A DNA stretch of 64,000 bases. Origin: Octopus sinensis. Taxonomy: Eukaryota. Below the pieces are notes generated by a model. The model ran no database searches. It was given only the letters and a program-made list of their open reading frames with translations, and was not told where the DNA came from. Of the stretch, positions 13,484-26,591 are shown piece after piece (the first letter of the stretch is position 1; each line of letters begins with the position of its first letter). The stretch is taken from contig NC_043001.1 of NCBI RefSeq assembly GCF_006345805.1, forward strand, positions 112,964,001 to 113,028,000, in the 5' to 3' direction. The position numbers and the translations under genes are program-made.

Positions 13484-13637
13484 GACTTTTTTCAGTTTCT
13501 GTCTATCAAATGCACTCACAAGGCTTTGATTACCTTGAGTCTATAGCAAATACTTGCTGAAGGTTCCACACAGTGGGACTGAACCATGAACCATGTGCTT
13601 GGGAAGTAAACTTCTTACCACACAGCTATGCCTGTGC
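13484..13637 (-). mobile_element. SINE family B, head fragment
   Basis: Diverged match to the B 5' half. Confidence 0.75.
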
Positions 13638-13730
13638 AATAAACAAACAAACCAAAAAAAACTTGTAATTGGGGATCTTACAGCAAACTAGATTGTAAGA
13701 ACACCAACAACAATTATATAAGTCCATTTA

Positions 13731-14247
13731 CCATAAATCCTCGAGTATAATCCGCATTTTCCCCCCAAAATTTAAAGGTCAAAATCCCTAGTGCGTACTA
13801 CATACGAGGCTAAAAATGAAAATTATTTTCTAAGCAATGTCTGAGTTTCTATTTGCTGTCTGGCTATGTTTATTCAGACGCATTTTGTGATGTCAGGCAC
13901 GAAAATACCTTAAGCTAAGCCTGAAAGCAATGAAGTCATAAAAGAATCATCCATAACTTGCAGTAAGCAACATTTATTAAACGTTATTACTGTTATTTTT
14001 CTATTTTCTGCAAACAAAATGCACAAAAAAGCTACACATTTGCATTATTTTATATATACAATGATAATAAAGGATGTTACCGTATACATTTTTACAAAAC
14101 AAGGGCATTATATAGACCTCCTTCACTCAAGTCAGAGAAGGGGTGTGTATTATACACAAGGTTTAGGTTTTTCAGAGGTACAGCCCCCTAAAAATCCCCT
14201 GCGTATTATACTATACTCAAGGGCGGACTATACTCGAGGATTTACGG
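13731..14247. mobile_element. Tc1/mariner/pogo-type MITE
   Basis: 25-bp terminal inverted repeats (TIR) CC(A/G)TAAATCCTCGAGTATA(A/G)TCCGC flanked by TA on both sides. Confidence 0.85.
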
Positions 14248-14644
14248 TATATAAAATTATTGTTGGAGAAGCAGGACACCAGGAAAAGGAAAAATACATA
14301 CAGGAACTGCAAAACTTATACATCACAATCATTCCAGTTGATATCAAGCATTTTACCTGGGTATACTATTAATGGGCTTGTAGTAACTAACTACAATAAT
14401 AATGAAAATCACCTGATTCACACCATTCTTGGTATTGATGTCATTACTACTATATAGACATATGTGTTAGGTGTAATGTATCCGACATGCATAGCATATT
14501 CCCCATCGCTTTTATTTTATGCATTACCATTCTCTCTTCTTGCCAGGTAATTCTTGAAAATTGTAGTTTGTTTTCTCTTGAAATATAACATACATACTTC
14601 AGACATTACTAATTTTAGGCTTCTCCATTTATTTTGTGCTGGTA

Positions 14645-15445
14645 TTTGTACATGTATGTGCCTCAAAGAGTGCCTGAGAGTACATGTGTATGTAGTGTGT
14701 GTGTGTGTGTGTGTGTTTGTACATGTGTGTCTCAAAGAGTGCCTGAGAGTACATGTGTATGTAGTGTGTGTGTGTGTGTGTGTGTTTGTACATGTATGTG
14801 CCTCAAAGAGTGCCTGAGAGTACATGTGTATGTAGTGTGTGTGTGTGTGTGTGTGTTTGTACATGTATGTGCCTCAAAGAGTGCCTGAGAGTACATGTGT
14901 ATGTAGTGTGTGTGTGTGTGTGTGTGTTTGTACATGTATGTGCCTCAAAGAGTGCCTGAGAGTACATGTGTATGTAGTGTGTGTGTGTGTTTGTACATGT
15001 ATGTGCCTCAAAGAGTGCCTGAGAGTACATGTGTATGTAGTGTGTGTGTGTGTGTGTGTGTTTGTACATGTATGTGCCTCAAAGAGTGCCTGGGAGTACA
15101 TGCATATGTAGTATGTGTGTGTGTGTGTGTGTGTGCGTTTGTACATGTATGTGCCTCAAAAAGTGCCTGAGAGTACATGTGTATGTAGTGTGTGTGTGTG
15201 TGTGTGTTGTGTGTGTGTGTGTTTGTACATGTGTGTCTCAAAGAGTTCCTGAGAGTACATGTATATGTAGTGTGTGTGTGTGTGTGTGTTTGTACATGTG
15301 TGTCTCAAAGAGTTCCTGGGAGTACATGTATATGTAGTGTGTGTGTGTGTGTTGTGTGTGTGTGTGTGTGTGTGTGTGTTTGTACATGTATGTGTCTCAA
15401 AGAGTGCCTGAGAGTACATGCATATGTAGTATGTGTGTGTGCGTG
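14645..15445. repeat. Composite minisatellite: ~11 copies of a ~51-bp core + variable (TG)n
   Basis: Core TTTGTACATGTATGTGCCTCAAAGAGTGCCTGAGAGTACATGTGTATGTAG. Confidence 0.92.
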
Positions 15446-15565
15446 TGTGTGCGTACGCATGTGTCTATATGTGTATAAACACATTTCCTCATATGTGCAC
15501 ACTCATGCATTTAAACATGCACACAATTATGTCTGAGTATATGTGTATGTATAAAGACACGCATG

Positions 15566-15600
<35 letters not shown>

Positions 15601-16050
15601 GGGGGAGAAAACTAACATTTGAATATTGAAAATATAAACAAAGCCCACAGCTCGGAAAACAGGATTTTAAATCTATTAACCCTGTTTATCACTGGCAGGT
15701 AAGAGTTTGATGTGCAAATAAACTTTATATTCTCATGCTTAGTTGATGTTGAGGTTAAAATATTAAGCATGAAACATTCCAAATGTCTGTATTCTGGCCT
15801 TGAACTGTGAACTTTTAAATGTTTTTAACATTGACTTTTCGTGAGAAGATGAAGTTTATTCACACATTGATCCCTTAGTTGCTGATGATAATTGGGGATA
15901 ATAGATTTAAAAATCCATTTTCCAGCCTGCAGACTTTGTTTATATTTCTCAGATATTGCTCTGCAGATTATTTTATATATAATATATTTCATATTGTAAA
16001 TATTTTGTTTTATAATTTGAGTTCTTTAATGTAAATATAAAAAAATAATG

Positions 16051-16092
<42 letters not shown>

Positions 16093-16120
16093 TATATATA
16101 TTTATATATATATATATATA

Positions 16121-16722
16121 TCATCATCATCATCATTTAACCCTTAGTGTTTAAACCGGCCATATCCGGCCCAAATATTCTAAACGTTTTATATTCAAAC
16201 TGGTGATATCTAGCCTCTCACACCTAACCTACAATGTCATGCTAAAAATAAACAATCACATCATTGAAACCTCAAAGCTATAAGATAATGCATGATTAAT
16301 GCAAAACAATTTGAGTGAAAAAGTATTATATTTAACAGAGTAATCTGAACACTAAAGAGTTAATGTCTGCTTTCCATGCTAGCATGGGTTGGATGATTTG
16401 TCCAACCCATGCTAGCATCTGATCTGGCAGAGTTTCTACAGCTGGATGCCCTTCCTAACGCCAACCACTCCGAAAGTGTAGTGGGTGCTTTTAAGTGCCA
16501 CCGGCACGAGGGCCGGTTTGGTGGTACTGGCAAAGGCCACGCCCAAATGGTGCTTTTTACGTGTCACCTGCAAAGGGGCCAGTCCAGCAGCACTGACGAC
16601 AACCTCGCTCGAATATTTCACATGCCACCAGCACAAGTGCTGGTAAGGCTACGCGATAACGATCACACTTGAATGGTGGGCTTAACATGCCATCGGCACG
16701 GAGGCCAGTTTGTTGCTCTGGC
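16121..16722 (-). mobile_element. Family D copy split by a TTAA MITE
   Basis: (CAT)n-TTAA, then the MITE, then TTAA and the D consensus resumes. Confidence 0.75.
16137..16363. mobile_element. TTAA-flanked (piggyBac-type) MITE family 1
   Basis: TTAACCCTTAGTG...CACTAAAGAGTTAA. Homologous copies at ~1490-1689, 17841-18448 and 29444-30052. Confidence 0.8.
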
Positions 16723-17099
16723 ATATATATTAATGAATCTGCCTTCACTGAATTTTGTTTGATTTGCACAAGCCTGGAAAAGCAGACATTAAAATGGTAT
16801 AAAAAGGTAAAGAGAGAGGGGGAGGGGAGAGAGAGAGAGAGAGGGGGGGAGGGGAGTGAGAGAGAGAGAGTGGAAGTTAGGTTAATAATGAGCATTGCTT
16901 GTTAATGAACGGCAAAACCAAGATGCCTTTTTAACCCAGTGGATGGTTTGCAACTTCTACTGCAAATATTGCATAAATGTCTCTTCTCAGTTAAATGCAA
17001 TGCAGAACCACAATAATTGGCATTAAAAACACATCTCTTCAGGCTACCAAGAGAAAGACAGCATTTATTGCAGGTTTGGCTGATATGTTCTTTTTTTGC

Positions 17100-17550
17100 A
17101 CATGGCCAGCAATTTCAGGGGAAGGTGTAAGTTGATTACATTGACCTCGGTGTTTGACTGGTACTTGTTTTATTTATCATCATCATCATTGTTCGACCGT
17201 GGTCGAGACAATGGTATTTACCATGCTACGCCATACTTCACGGTCCATCATGGCATTACGGAGGTCCTGTTGCTGGATGTCTGTATCCCTGGAGATTACA
17301 TCAGGGTAGGAGAGTGTGCGCCCTCTGGTATTGCGAGTAGATGGCTTCCAGAGGAGAAGAGTAGAAATTACCTCTTTTTCAGCTCTACAACAATGTCCAG
17401 CAAACTGGACTCTCTTACCTTTTATTGATACTGAAAGGATGAAAGGCAAAGCTGATCCAGATAGCATTTGAACTCAGAATGTGAAATGGGAAGAAATGCC
17501 ACTAAACATTTTGTCTGGCTTAGTAATGATTCTGCCAGCTTGCTGCTGCC
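17100..17550 (-). mobile_element. SINE family C-related copy interrupted by an RTE 3' fragment
   Basis: C motifs lie on both sides of the 17177-17375 insertion. Confidence 0.65.
17177..17375 (-). mobile_element. RTE-clade LINE 3' end (RGRTLSYPDVISRDTDIQQQDLRNAMMDREVWRSMVNTIVSTTVEQ*)
   Basis: Typical RTE C-terminus. The stop codon runs directly into a (GAT)n tail. Confidence 0.75.
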
Positions 17551-17840
17551 TTAGATTGTGAGGATATATTACCAGTTTGTTTTGGTTCACGTACCCTCGA
17601 GTGACTAACAAAACCAGCTCTTAGAAAGTCATACCAAGTTTCAAGTTGAACATTTAAAGGAATTATTGATATTTACAGAGGTTTCCTTTCCTAGGGTCAT
17701 ATTTCAGTTTGGCATATTTAAAGCAATTAATTCCCTTCAAAATGCTTGGGCACATTAAGTCTATTTTTTCTTGATGATATCCTACCAATTGCAATTTTTC
17801 TCCAGCTTCTTATATGATCATAAAAAACCTTTGTTCAAAT

Positions 17841-18448
17841 TTAACCCTTTGACATTTAAACTTGTCATATTTGGTCAAAGTATTCTACCTGTTTTAAGTT
17901 CAAACTGGCCAGATCCAGTCCTTCATACCTATCATACAATGTCATTCTAAAAATATCATTCTGATCATTCAAATCTTATAGCTACAAAATTATGCAAGAT
18001 TAATTCAAAACAGTGTGGCTGTGTGGTAAGTAGCTTGCTAACTAACCACATGGTTCCGGGTTCAGTCCCACTGCGTGGCATCTTGGGCAAGTGTCTTCTG
18101 CTATAGCCCCGGGCTGACCAATGCCTTGTGAGTGGATTTGGTAGACGGAAACTGAAAGAAGCCTGTCGTATATATGTATATATATATGTATGTGTGTATG
18201 TGTTTGTGTGTCTGTGTTTGTCCCCCTAGCATTGCTTGACAACTGATGCTAGTGTGTTTACGTCCCCGTCACTTAGCGGTTCAGCAAAAGAGACCGATAG
18301 AATAAGTACTAGGCTTACAAAGAATAAGTCCCGGGGTCGATTTGCTTGACTAAAGGCGGTGCTCCAGCATGGCCGCAGTCAGGTGACTGAAACAAGTAAA
18401 AGAGTAAGTATTACATTTGACAGAGAAAACTGAATGCTGAAGGGTTAA
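17841..18448. mobile_element. TTAA MITE family 1 containing a SINE B
   Basis: TTAACCCTTT...GAAGGGTTAA ends. Confidence 0.75.
18015..18407 (+). mobile_element. SINE family B nested in a TTAA MITE
   Basis: Full B body that interrupts the MITE at 17841-18448. Confidence 0.9.
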
Positions 18449-18449
18449 A

Positions 18450-18800
18450 GCTTGTCTTGGTATCTTTACTTCAGTTTGTAAGAAGGTTTTTTTCTCCAAG
18501 AGCATAGTTCTCCATAGAATAAATGCTTTGGAATTCTTTCAGCTTCTCTATACATTGTAAGAGAGCTTCTGTCCTTACAGCACTTGCGAACAACAAGGTT
18601 TCAACATCTAACTGAGATATATGCATATTTTATTGAAGACACTTAAAAACTGAAAATGCATGAAGGTTTGATGATGATTCAATTGTGCCCCAGTTTGGCT
18701 TCATTGTTGTCAAGAGATATGTCTTCTGTAGAATATGAAAAATTTCTATACATTGTGTGTTGAAATGATGCATAGTGGGATAGTGAAATGTTATAGAACA
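18450..18800 (-). pseudogene. Decayed RTE LINE ORF fragment
   Basis: Frameshifted ERIPKHLFYGEL...KRYQDKL, resembling the RTE post-RT RxPKQxxYGEL motif. Confidence 0.5.
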
Positions 18801-19651
18801 TTTGAATATTAAAAATTAAGGTCTTGGGGATGAGGTGAAAGGTTCACTTCTGAAAGCTCTTGAAGGAATAGTTGTGTTTGCTTATTGGATATGTGTGTAT
18901 ATGTCAATATACATGTACAAGTATACACACATGTTTGAAAAGTAAGCCCACTTGGTGTGTGTATATACATTGCATGTACACACATGAACTCAGTCATATA
19001 CACAAATGTCTTTTCAAAGAATATTCCCTACCACATTCATACATGTATCTATACACATATCCACACATCTACACATTCTTATATATAATGAATTATTTCA
19101 ACTCAAGTTTTGGGGGAGTTTTTTTTTTTTTTCATTCTTTGTTCTCCTCTTCCATTTCTACATGCTCCCTTCTCGGTTTTATTATGTTCTTGCCAATGCA
19201 ATGAATTTTATTATGTGAAACAAGGAATATTTAATCTGTTTCTTAATATTTCCATTTCTGACTTTAATGTGCTTCAAACATTCTACATGAGAAATCTATA
19301 AGAGAGTATATTTCTGATATGGTCCACGTGCCTTCCCTTCCACCTTCCTCAAATAAACTGAATGCGGAGGGAGGGGGGGAGAGGTTATAATATATCAAAA
19401 TAATAATTAAAAGGAGAGAAAAAAAAATGCAATTGAACATTCATTGATTAATGAGAGAAATATTTTCATAACTGATTCAGAACTTGCAATTCGTCCAATG
19501 TAAATTATCATTTCGAAAAGAAATTGGTTTCTGTCACTTGTGATTATATTTTGTCTGCTTTAAAATGTTAATAGCCTTCAAATAATTAATTTTGTTTTTA
19601 TTGCTTTATTATTATTGTTTCTCTTGTAAAATCTTTTAAAATAATTATTAT

Positions 19652-19693
<42 letters not shown>

Positions 19694-20356
19694 TAATAAT
19701 AATAATAATACTGACAAGAAAAACAATAACAACAGCAATAATAATACTAATAATAAAAATAAATAGCAAATTAAGAGAATTAAAATGAAAAATATAATTG
19801 TCAAAAGTTAATTCCTTTACAAAAATGTTTTATAGTAAATTTTGTTTCACTTTTATGACTGTTATTGCAGTATTTGCCTTTGCTTTAAATGAACCCCCCC
19901 CCTCCAGCATCCCGAAATATTATTGAATTATTTTGATAGATTACAACATTTGTTTGTTTGGTCTGATATAGAAGGGGGGGGGGTGAAATAAATGTCACAT
20001 TGGTGAAGTAGATAGAATCTTAGCTTGTTTGGTTAAAGGATTAGCAACAGACATTTTGTTTACTGGTTTTAATATGTTACACTTTATTTTCACCTTTTAT
20101 ATAATATGGTTCGTTATGAAGATGCTAATTGATAAACAGGGAGAAAAGGAAGAATTATGTTCGTGTTCATCACCAAAGTTATTTACGGTGACTTTCCCCA
20201 TTAGCATGAAGTGAATGGTATTATAGCTTTATATCTATTAAATGAGTCTGATAAAGTTGTTAAAGATGGTTGCTATTGAACTAGTAGTACAAATACTATG
20301 ACGGTTAACTAATTTTCTTTATCCTCCCCGTACCCCCTCCCTCTATCTGTGGCTGC

Positions 20357-20740
20357 ACGGAGGCGCAATGGCCCAGTGGTTAGGGCAGCGGACTCGCGGT
20401 CGTAGGATCGCGGTTTCAATTCCCAGACCGGGCATTGTGAGTATTTATTGAGCGAAAACACCTAAAAGCTCCACGAGGCTCCAGCAGGGGATGGTGGTGA
20501 TCCCTGCTGTACTCTTTCACCACAACTTTCTCTCATTCTTACTTCCTGTTTCTGTTGTACCTGTATTTCAAAGGGCCGGCCTTGTCACTCTCTGTGTCAC
20601 GCTGAATATCCCCGAGAACTACGTTAAGGGTACACGTGCCTGTGGAGTGCTCGGCCACTTACACGTTAATTTCACGAGCAGGCTGTTCCGTTGATCGGAT
20701 CAACCGGAACCCTCATCGTCGTAACCAATGGAGTGCTTCC
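20357..20740 (+). mobile_element. SINE family A, full length
   Basis: Near-identical to 3980-4365. TSD ATCTGTGGCTGC (20345-20356 / 20741-20752). Confidence 0.92.
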
Positions 20741-21041
20741 ATCTGTGGCTGCTCATTACATTCTCCCACTCGTCTTTTGCTATCTTGTAAACACATCCAC
20801 CCACTCACCCTCTCCTATTCCTGGTCCACTTTTCTCTATATTCATTTCCCTGTAATTTGGGTATCTGGCTCCTGCCCTCTCTCATCACATAGTCACTGTC
20901 TTCTCTCTCTCCTCTCTCTTCACCTGAGGTAGCCATGTCTCTCTTCTAATGCAAGATACCTTTTCTGTTCCTCTGTAATACTCTCCCCACCTCACCATCA
21001 ATTGAGGTGTTTTTGTCCTGCAAGTTACTTGGTTACCTCAC

Positions 21042-21230
21042 TGCTACCAGTGCCACATAAAAAAGTATTAGTACACTCTATAAGGTGGTTGGTGTTAAGA
21101 AGGGCATCCAGAAGTAGAAACCATGCCAGAGCATACAGTAGAGCTCGCAAGTCTTCTGACTTAACAGTTCCTGTCAAACCATCCAACCCATGCCAGCATG
21201 GAAAAGCAACATCTAATGATGATGATGATG
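21042..21230 (+). mobile_element. Family D, diverged
   Basis: GAAGGGCATCCAG...CCAACCCATGCCAGCATGG followed by (GAT)n. Confidence 0.75.
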
Positions 21231-21656
21231 GTGGTGGTGGTGGTGGTGGTGGTGATGGTGATGGTGATGGTGGTGGTGGTGATGATGGTGGTGGTGGTGG
21301 TGGTGGTGATAGTGATGGTGGTGGTGGTGATGATGGTGGTGGTAGTGATGGTGGTGATGATGATGGTGGTGGTGGTGGTGGTGGTAGTGATGATGGTGGT
21401 GGTGATGATGGTGGTGGTGGTGGTGGTGATGGTGGTGGTGGTGGTGGTGATGGTGGTGGTGGTGGTGGTGGTGGTGGTGATGGTGGTGGTGGTGGTGGTA
21501 GTGATGATGGTGGTGGTGGTGATGATGGTGGTGGTGGTGGTGGTGGTGATGGTGGTGGTGATGGTGATGTGGTGGTGGTGGTAGTGATGATGGTGGTGGT
21601 GGTGGTGGTGGTGATGGTGGTGATGGTGGTGATGGTGATGGTGGTGGTGGTGATGT
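21225..21656. repeat. (GGT/GAT)n array continuing a family D tail
   Basis: Direct inspection. Confidence 0.95.
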
Positions 21657-22886
21657 CAAAAAAACTGTCATGGATATTGTGTCATGCATGTCATTTGAAG
21701 GGACAAGTCCATAGCTGCTTTGATTTATGACTGGAAAGATAACAAAACAAAAAAGGCAAATAGTTAGTCCAATAGATGCCACTTATTTAGTTTGATGAGG
21801 ACACAACTGTATTTCTCATTACACTTTTTCAGTATTTCCTAATTTAACTCATTACATTCTATTTCGGTATTTCCTAACCCTTTTTTTTTAAAGTCATACC
21901 ATCTGTGATAAACAAGATGAATCAGCCAGCAGTCTTCCTTAAATCTTTCTGTAGTAGTTTTCAAAAGTAGATGAAGTTCAATTTTTGTATTCCTAGCATC
22001 CCTAAAAGAAATTTTAGTACCCTAGGTTGGAAAAACACTGCTCTGTTGCTTATGGTTTTCTCAGTCTTTCAATTCAGTGATTCAAAGAAATGAAAACATC
22101 AGTGCTGAAGTTTTTATCTTCCAAATTTTCCAAATAAACCACTACATAGAATAGGAGATCACTGGAGGCTAGAGATAGATATATTTTGCTGTTTGTGTTT
22201 GGTTAACAAATTAGATGATTTATTAAAACAACCTGATTAACTTAGCTGGTAATTCCTGCTTTCTTCATCTTATTTATTTGCATCACTAAATTTCATATTG
22301 TCCATAATGTTTGCAGACAGTAAAAAAACAAAATACACAATGAAATATTTTTTTAAATCAACAAACAAGAAACAGTGAGTGATTTACATGGAGTAAAGGG
22401 ACAAGATCACTAAAAGTAATCCCTTTTTGCTATAAGCACAAGGTCTAAAATTTTGTGGAGAGGGAGCTAGTCAGTTTCATCAACTCCTGTGCTCAACTGG
22501 TATTTATTTTATCAACCCCAAAAAGACAGAAGATAAAGTCGACCTTGGCAGAGTTTGAAATCAGAATGTAAATGCCTCTAAGAAATTACCCCACTCCCAA
22601 ATAATGAACAACTACATAGGATAATTTTTGGCACCTCCTACACAACTCCAGATTATCCCTTATACACCAAAGCTAAATGTTTTTTCCCAAGTTTTACTGC
22701 TAGCCTAGCTGATTAATGTGAGTATATAGTAATATCAGCCTCACCACCCACACCCAACTTTTATAAAATAAACTGGAAGGAAGCAGCACCTCTCTGTACT
22801 TTATCCTTTATCTTAAAATGGTACTTAAAAAGTTGATGAGGACTTGACCCGAGACAGAAAACTTTGCCCTTAAACCTTTCGACCAT

Positions 22887-23290
22887 AGGCGCAGGAGTGG
22901 CTGTGTGGTAAGTAGCTTGTTTACCAACCACATGGTTCTGGGTTCAGTCCCACTGTGTGGCACCTTGGGCAAGTGTCTTCGGCTATAGCCTCGGGCCGAC
23001 CAAAGCCTTGTGAGTGGATTTGGTAGACGGAAACTGAAAGAAGCCTGTCGTATATATGTATATATATGTATATGTGTGTGTGTGTGTCTTTGTCCCCCTA
23101 GCATTGCTTGACAACCGATGCTGGTGTGTTTATGTCCCCGTTACTTAGCGGTTCGGGAAAAGAGACTGATAGAATAAGTACTGGGCTTACAAAAAAAAGA
23201 ATAAGTCCCGGGGTCGAGTTGCTCGATTAAAGGCGGTGCTCCAGCATGGCCGCAGTCAAATGACTGAAACAAGTAAAAGAGTAAAAGAGT
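22887..23290 (+). mobile_element. SINE family B, full length
   Basis: AGGCGCAGGAGTGGCTGTGTGGTAAG head through the (GAGTAAAA)n tail. Confidence 0.92.
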
Positions 23291-23890
23291 ATGTCAATTA
23301 CACAGCTTCCTCCAGTCTACCACCTAGCAGAGGTGCACAACCTGCTTTTCCTTGCCAAAGAAAGGTGATGAGTTGATTTTTATGGTAAACTAAGCTGATA
23401 GCCAGATCTGTCTTGCATATGGTAAGCGTTAGACACAAACCCATAATTATCAATGCACTTACACTAGATGAATGGTTGCATGCTGAACAGGTTTGTCATC
23501 TTGTTCACATCTCACTAATGACTCCACTATGACCAGGCATATAGTTTACCTCAAACAGGCAAAGCTCCCTGTAGCATTGTCAGGTCAAGGCCCTTTGGAA
23601 AGTCTTCATAAACCTTAACCTGAAATTTCTCCACAGGAAACTAGTTGGATTGTCCTTGTTGGTGCCCAGAATCACACTCAGGCTGTTGTTGCTCCTATTC
23701 TCTCCTAATCCTCTTTAGTTCATCCTCTAATATACTGTTTCATTTTGCTATATAATTGCTAAAACTGGCAGATTCTGCTCTAATTTTCCCTTAGATTCAA
23801 GCAATATTGACAGATCATTTTACATTTAAAAAAAAAAGTAGCACAAACTTTTCAAAACTATTAGATTATCATAAAGTATTCCAGAATACT

Positions 23891-24510
23891 AATTTTGATA
23901 GTAAATGCAAAGTGTTTATATAAGGATTACTTATAGGTCAGTTCTAATTCAGTTAATCAATATATTTATATTCTTATTTATATTCAAAATTTAAAGTTTA
24001 ATGTAGTAAGTAACCCAAATAGAAAAATCAAAATGTTTGCAGTCCTGAAAAGTTACTATTCGTAACCTAATTTGGCAAGGCACTAATTGCTTCTGTTAAT
24101 TCCTGCTTAGCAAATGGATTAGCAAATTAGTTGATTTGTTAATCCATTCTCTGAAACTTTTCTATGTTAGGAACTATCAGATAGCAGCAGCAAGAATAGT
24201 AATTTTGATAGTAAATGCAAAGTGTTTATATAAGGATTACTTATAGGTCAGTTCTAATTCAGTTAATCAATATATTTATATTCTTATTTATATTCAAAAT
24301 TTAAAGTTTAATGTAGTAAGTAACCCAAATAGAAAAATCAAAATGTTTGCAGTCCTGAAAAGTTACTATTCGTAACCTAATTTGGCAAGGCACTAATTGC
24401 TTCTGTTAATTCCTGCTTAGCAAATGGATTAGCAAATTAGTTGATTTGTTAATCCATTCTCTGAAACTTTTCTATGTTAGGAACTATCAGATAGCAGCAG
24501 CAAGAATAGT
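23891..24510. repeat. Exact 310-bp tandem duplication
   Basis: 23891-24200 equals 24201-24510 on read-through. Confidence 0.92.
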
Positions 24511-24527
24511 AATTTTCCCTATAATAT

Positions 24528-24755
24528 TTAACCCTTACGTTACCGTATTTATTTTGAGATGCTCCGTGTTTCTTTCAATTATTTTAAATATAGCAAAGAA
24601 TTTAGTAAAATAACTTGGTTATCATTAAGCTAGTGTTAGGAACATAAATTGTGACTAAGGTTTGGTGGAAGATCTTAATTCAAAACTTATGAAAACAAGA
24701 CATTTGTACTCAGAGCCAGAGCCGGTTTCAGCCGGGTTGGTAACGAAAGGGTTAA
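24528..24755. mobile_element. TTAA MITE family 2
   Basis: TIR TTAACCCTT(A/T)CGTTACC. An inverted second copy lies at 60726-60944. Confidence 0.85.
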
Positions 24756-25104
24756 ACCATTTCTCCAAATAGAAAGTACTTGGTCTATTTATTTAAAATC
24801 AGTAATAAATCATGATTTCTTTAAGATTAGAAATACTTATTGTTTTAATTAATATCATACCAATAGGTTACAGGTATTTCGTTAAATCCAGAGATGAGTT
24901 ACAACAGGATTTGAATACACAAACTGAATTATGAAACTAGGATTCATTAAGTTTGCTGTTTATAACAGCAGATTATTAAAAGCCCTATCTCTACTTCTTT
25001 CTACGGGAAATTATTGCAAAATTTTGCTTCCTTCTTCCTATATATATGTCATATTTTCTGGTCGTTATCTTTTTATTTAATCCTGAAAATATAAATATAT
25101 ATAC

Positions 25105-25110
25105 TATATG

Positions 25111-25175
<65 letters not shown>

Positions 25176-25178
25176 GTA

Positions 25179-25209
<31 letters not shown>

Positions 25210-25435
25210 ATATATATATATATGAATATATATGTATATGAATATATATGAATATATACGTATATATTTATATATATAAGTATATATGTATATATGAATA
25301 TATACGTATATATTTATATATATATGTATATATGTATATATATGCATATATATATATATATATATGTGTATATATGTGTGTGTGTGTATGTATATATATA
25401 TATATATACATATACACACACATATGAATATATAT
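25105..25435. repeat. (TA)n-rich microsatellite
   Basis: Direct inspection. Confidence 0.95.
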
Positions 25436-26404
25436 TTCCCCTCTACCTCCTCTGTTCTGTGAACTCTTTTGCTTCCATTATAATTGAGGTCACATTCTAC
25501 TGAATTTTTCCATTTATATTCAGAGGTCACAGAGCCTTTACCCTTCAGTCATAGAATTAATGAAACACACACTATCAATTCTTCTCTGTCTATATAATCT
25601 TTTAAAACATATAAGCTTTTCCTTTTTATATATTTACATCTGTTTTTATAACTTCATTTTCAATTGGATTTCAGAAGTATTTTCATATTTTCCTTATATT
25701 TTCTTATATTTTTTTCCTCTAAACATGTCAGTCATTTCAAAACAATTTTGCTAGTTTTTAAGTGACTATTGCTCTAATACATGTTTTTTTTTTCCTTTTT
25801 ATATTTGTCTGCCTATTGATTTAACTGTCTTGCTCCTAGTTTTACAATTCATTCATTTTTTTTTTTGATCTTTACCGTTTACATAATAAAGCAATCAATC
25901 ATTATTTCAATAAATCTAACAAAATAGTTGTTAGTTGGTGCTGGTGCTGGCATTGTTGATGATAATGTTGTTAGTGTTGAATGTTTCTGCGAGTAAAAAC
26001 GACAACATTAATATCAACAACAAACATTTTAAAGCTTTAGGACAGAGATAGATTATAAGAAAGTGAAAGAAAGAGATAGCAGAAGGGGTGATGGAGTAGG
26101 ACTATGTATAACGTTATAAAAAAAATGTTATAGATTTGAGATCTGTTATTTGGTGAGTTGAATGGAATATGGGCAGTTGGTTGGTTCAGGAAACACTTGT
26201 TACTTATCAGATCACCAAAGTTAATCAACCTCAAGCTAGATCTTGACTGCGATGGCTTTTCCTTTGGAGATCCAATATTCAGTGCTAACCAGGTGCAGAC
26301 AGGAAAAGAAAACATTAACATCAGTGAAAGACATACAGGGCAATATCCTTCTCTTTACAACCACCGGAAGATAATTTGTTTGAGAAAGAAGTAATGCATA
26401 CTGT

Positions 26405-26408
26405 ATTG

Positions 26409-26503
<95 letters not shown>

Positions 26504-26517
26504 CATTATTATTATTA

Positions 26518-26548
<31 letters not shown>

Positions 26549-26591
26549 CATTATTATTATTATTATCATTATTATTATTATTATTATTATT
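26405..26591. repeat. (ATT)n array abutting the 3' end of the R4/Dong element
   Basis: Direct inspection. Confidence 0.95.

Noticed and set aside
14645-15445. Repeat-spacer-like array resembling CRISPR
   Set aside because: The spacers are (TG)n rather than unique sequence, there are no cas genes, and the context is eukaryotic.
15651-15698. 48-nt open segment before a CAG|gtaaga donor
   Set aside because: The acceptor region is purine-rich; likely chance.
21002-21782. Gly/Asp-, Val/Met- and His-rich ORFs
   Set aside because: Read-through of a (GGT/GAT)n array that extends a retroelement tail.
26130-26400. Unique-looking stretch next to the R4/Dong element with short ORFs on both strands
   Set aside because: No recognisable motif and no convincing paired splice sites.
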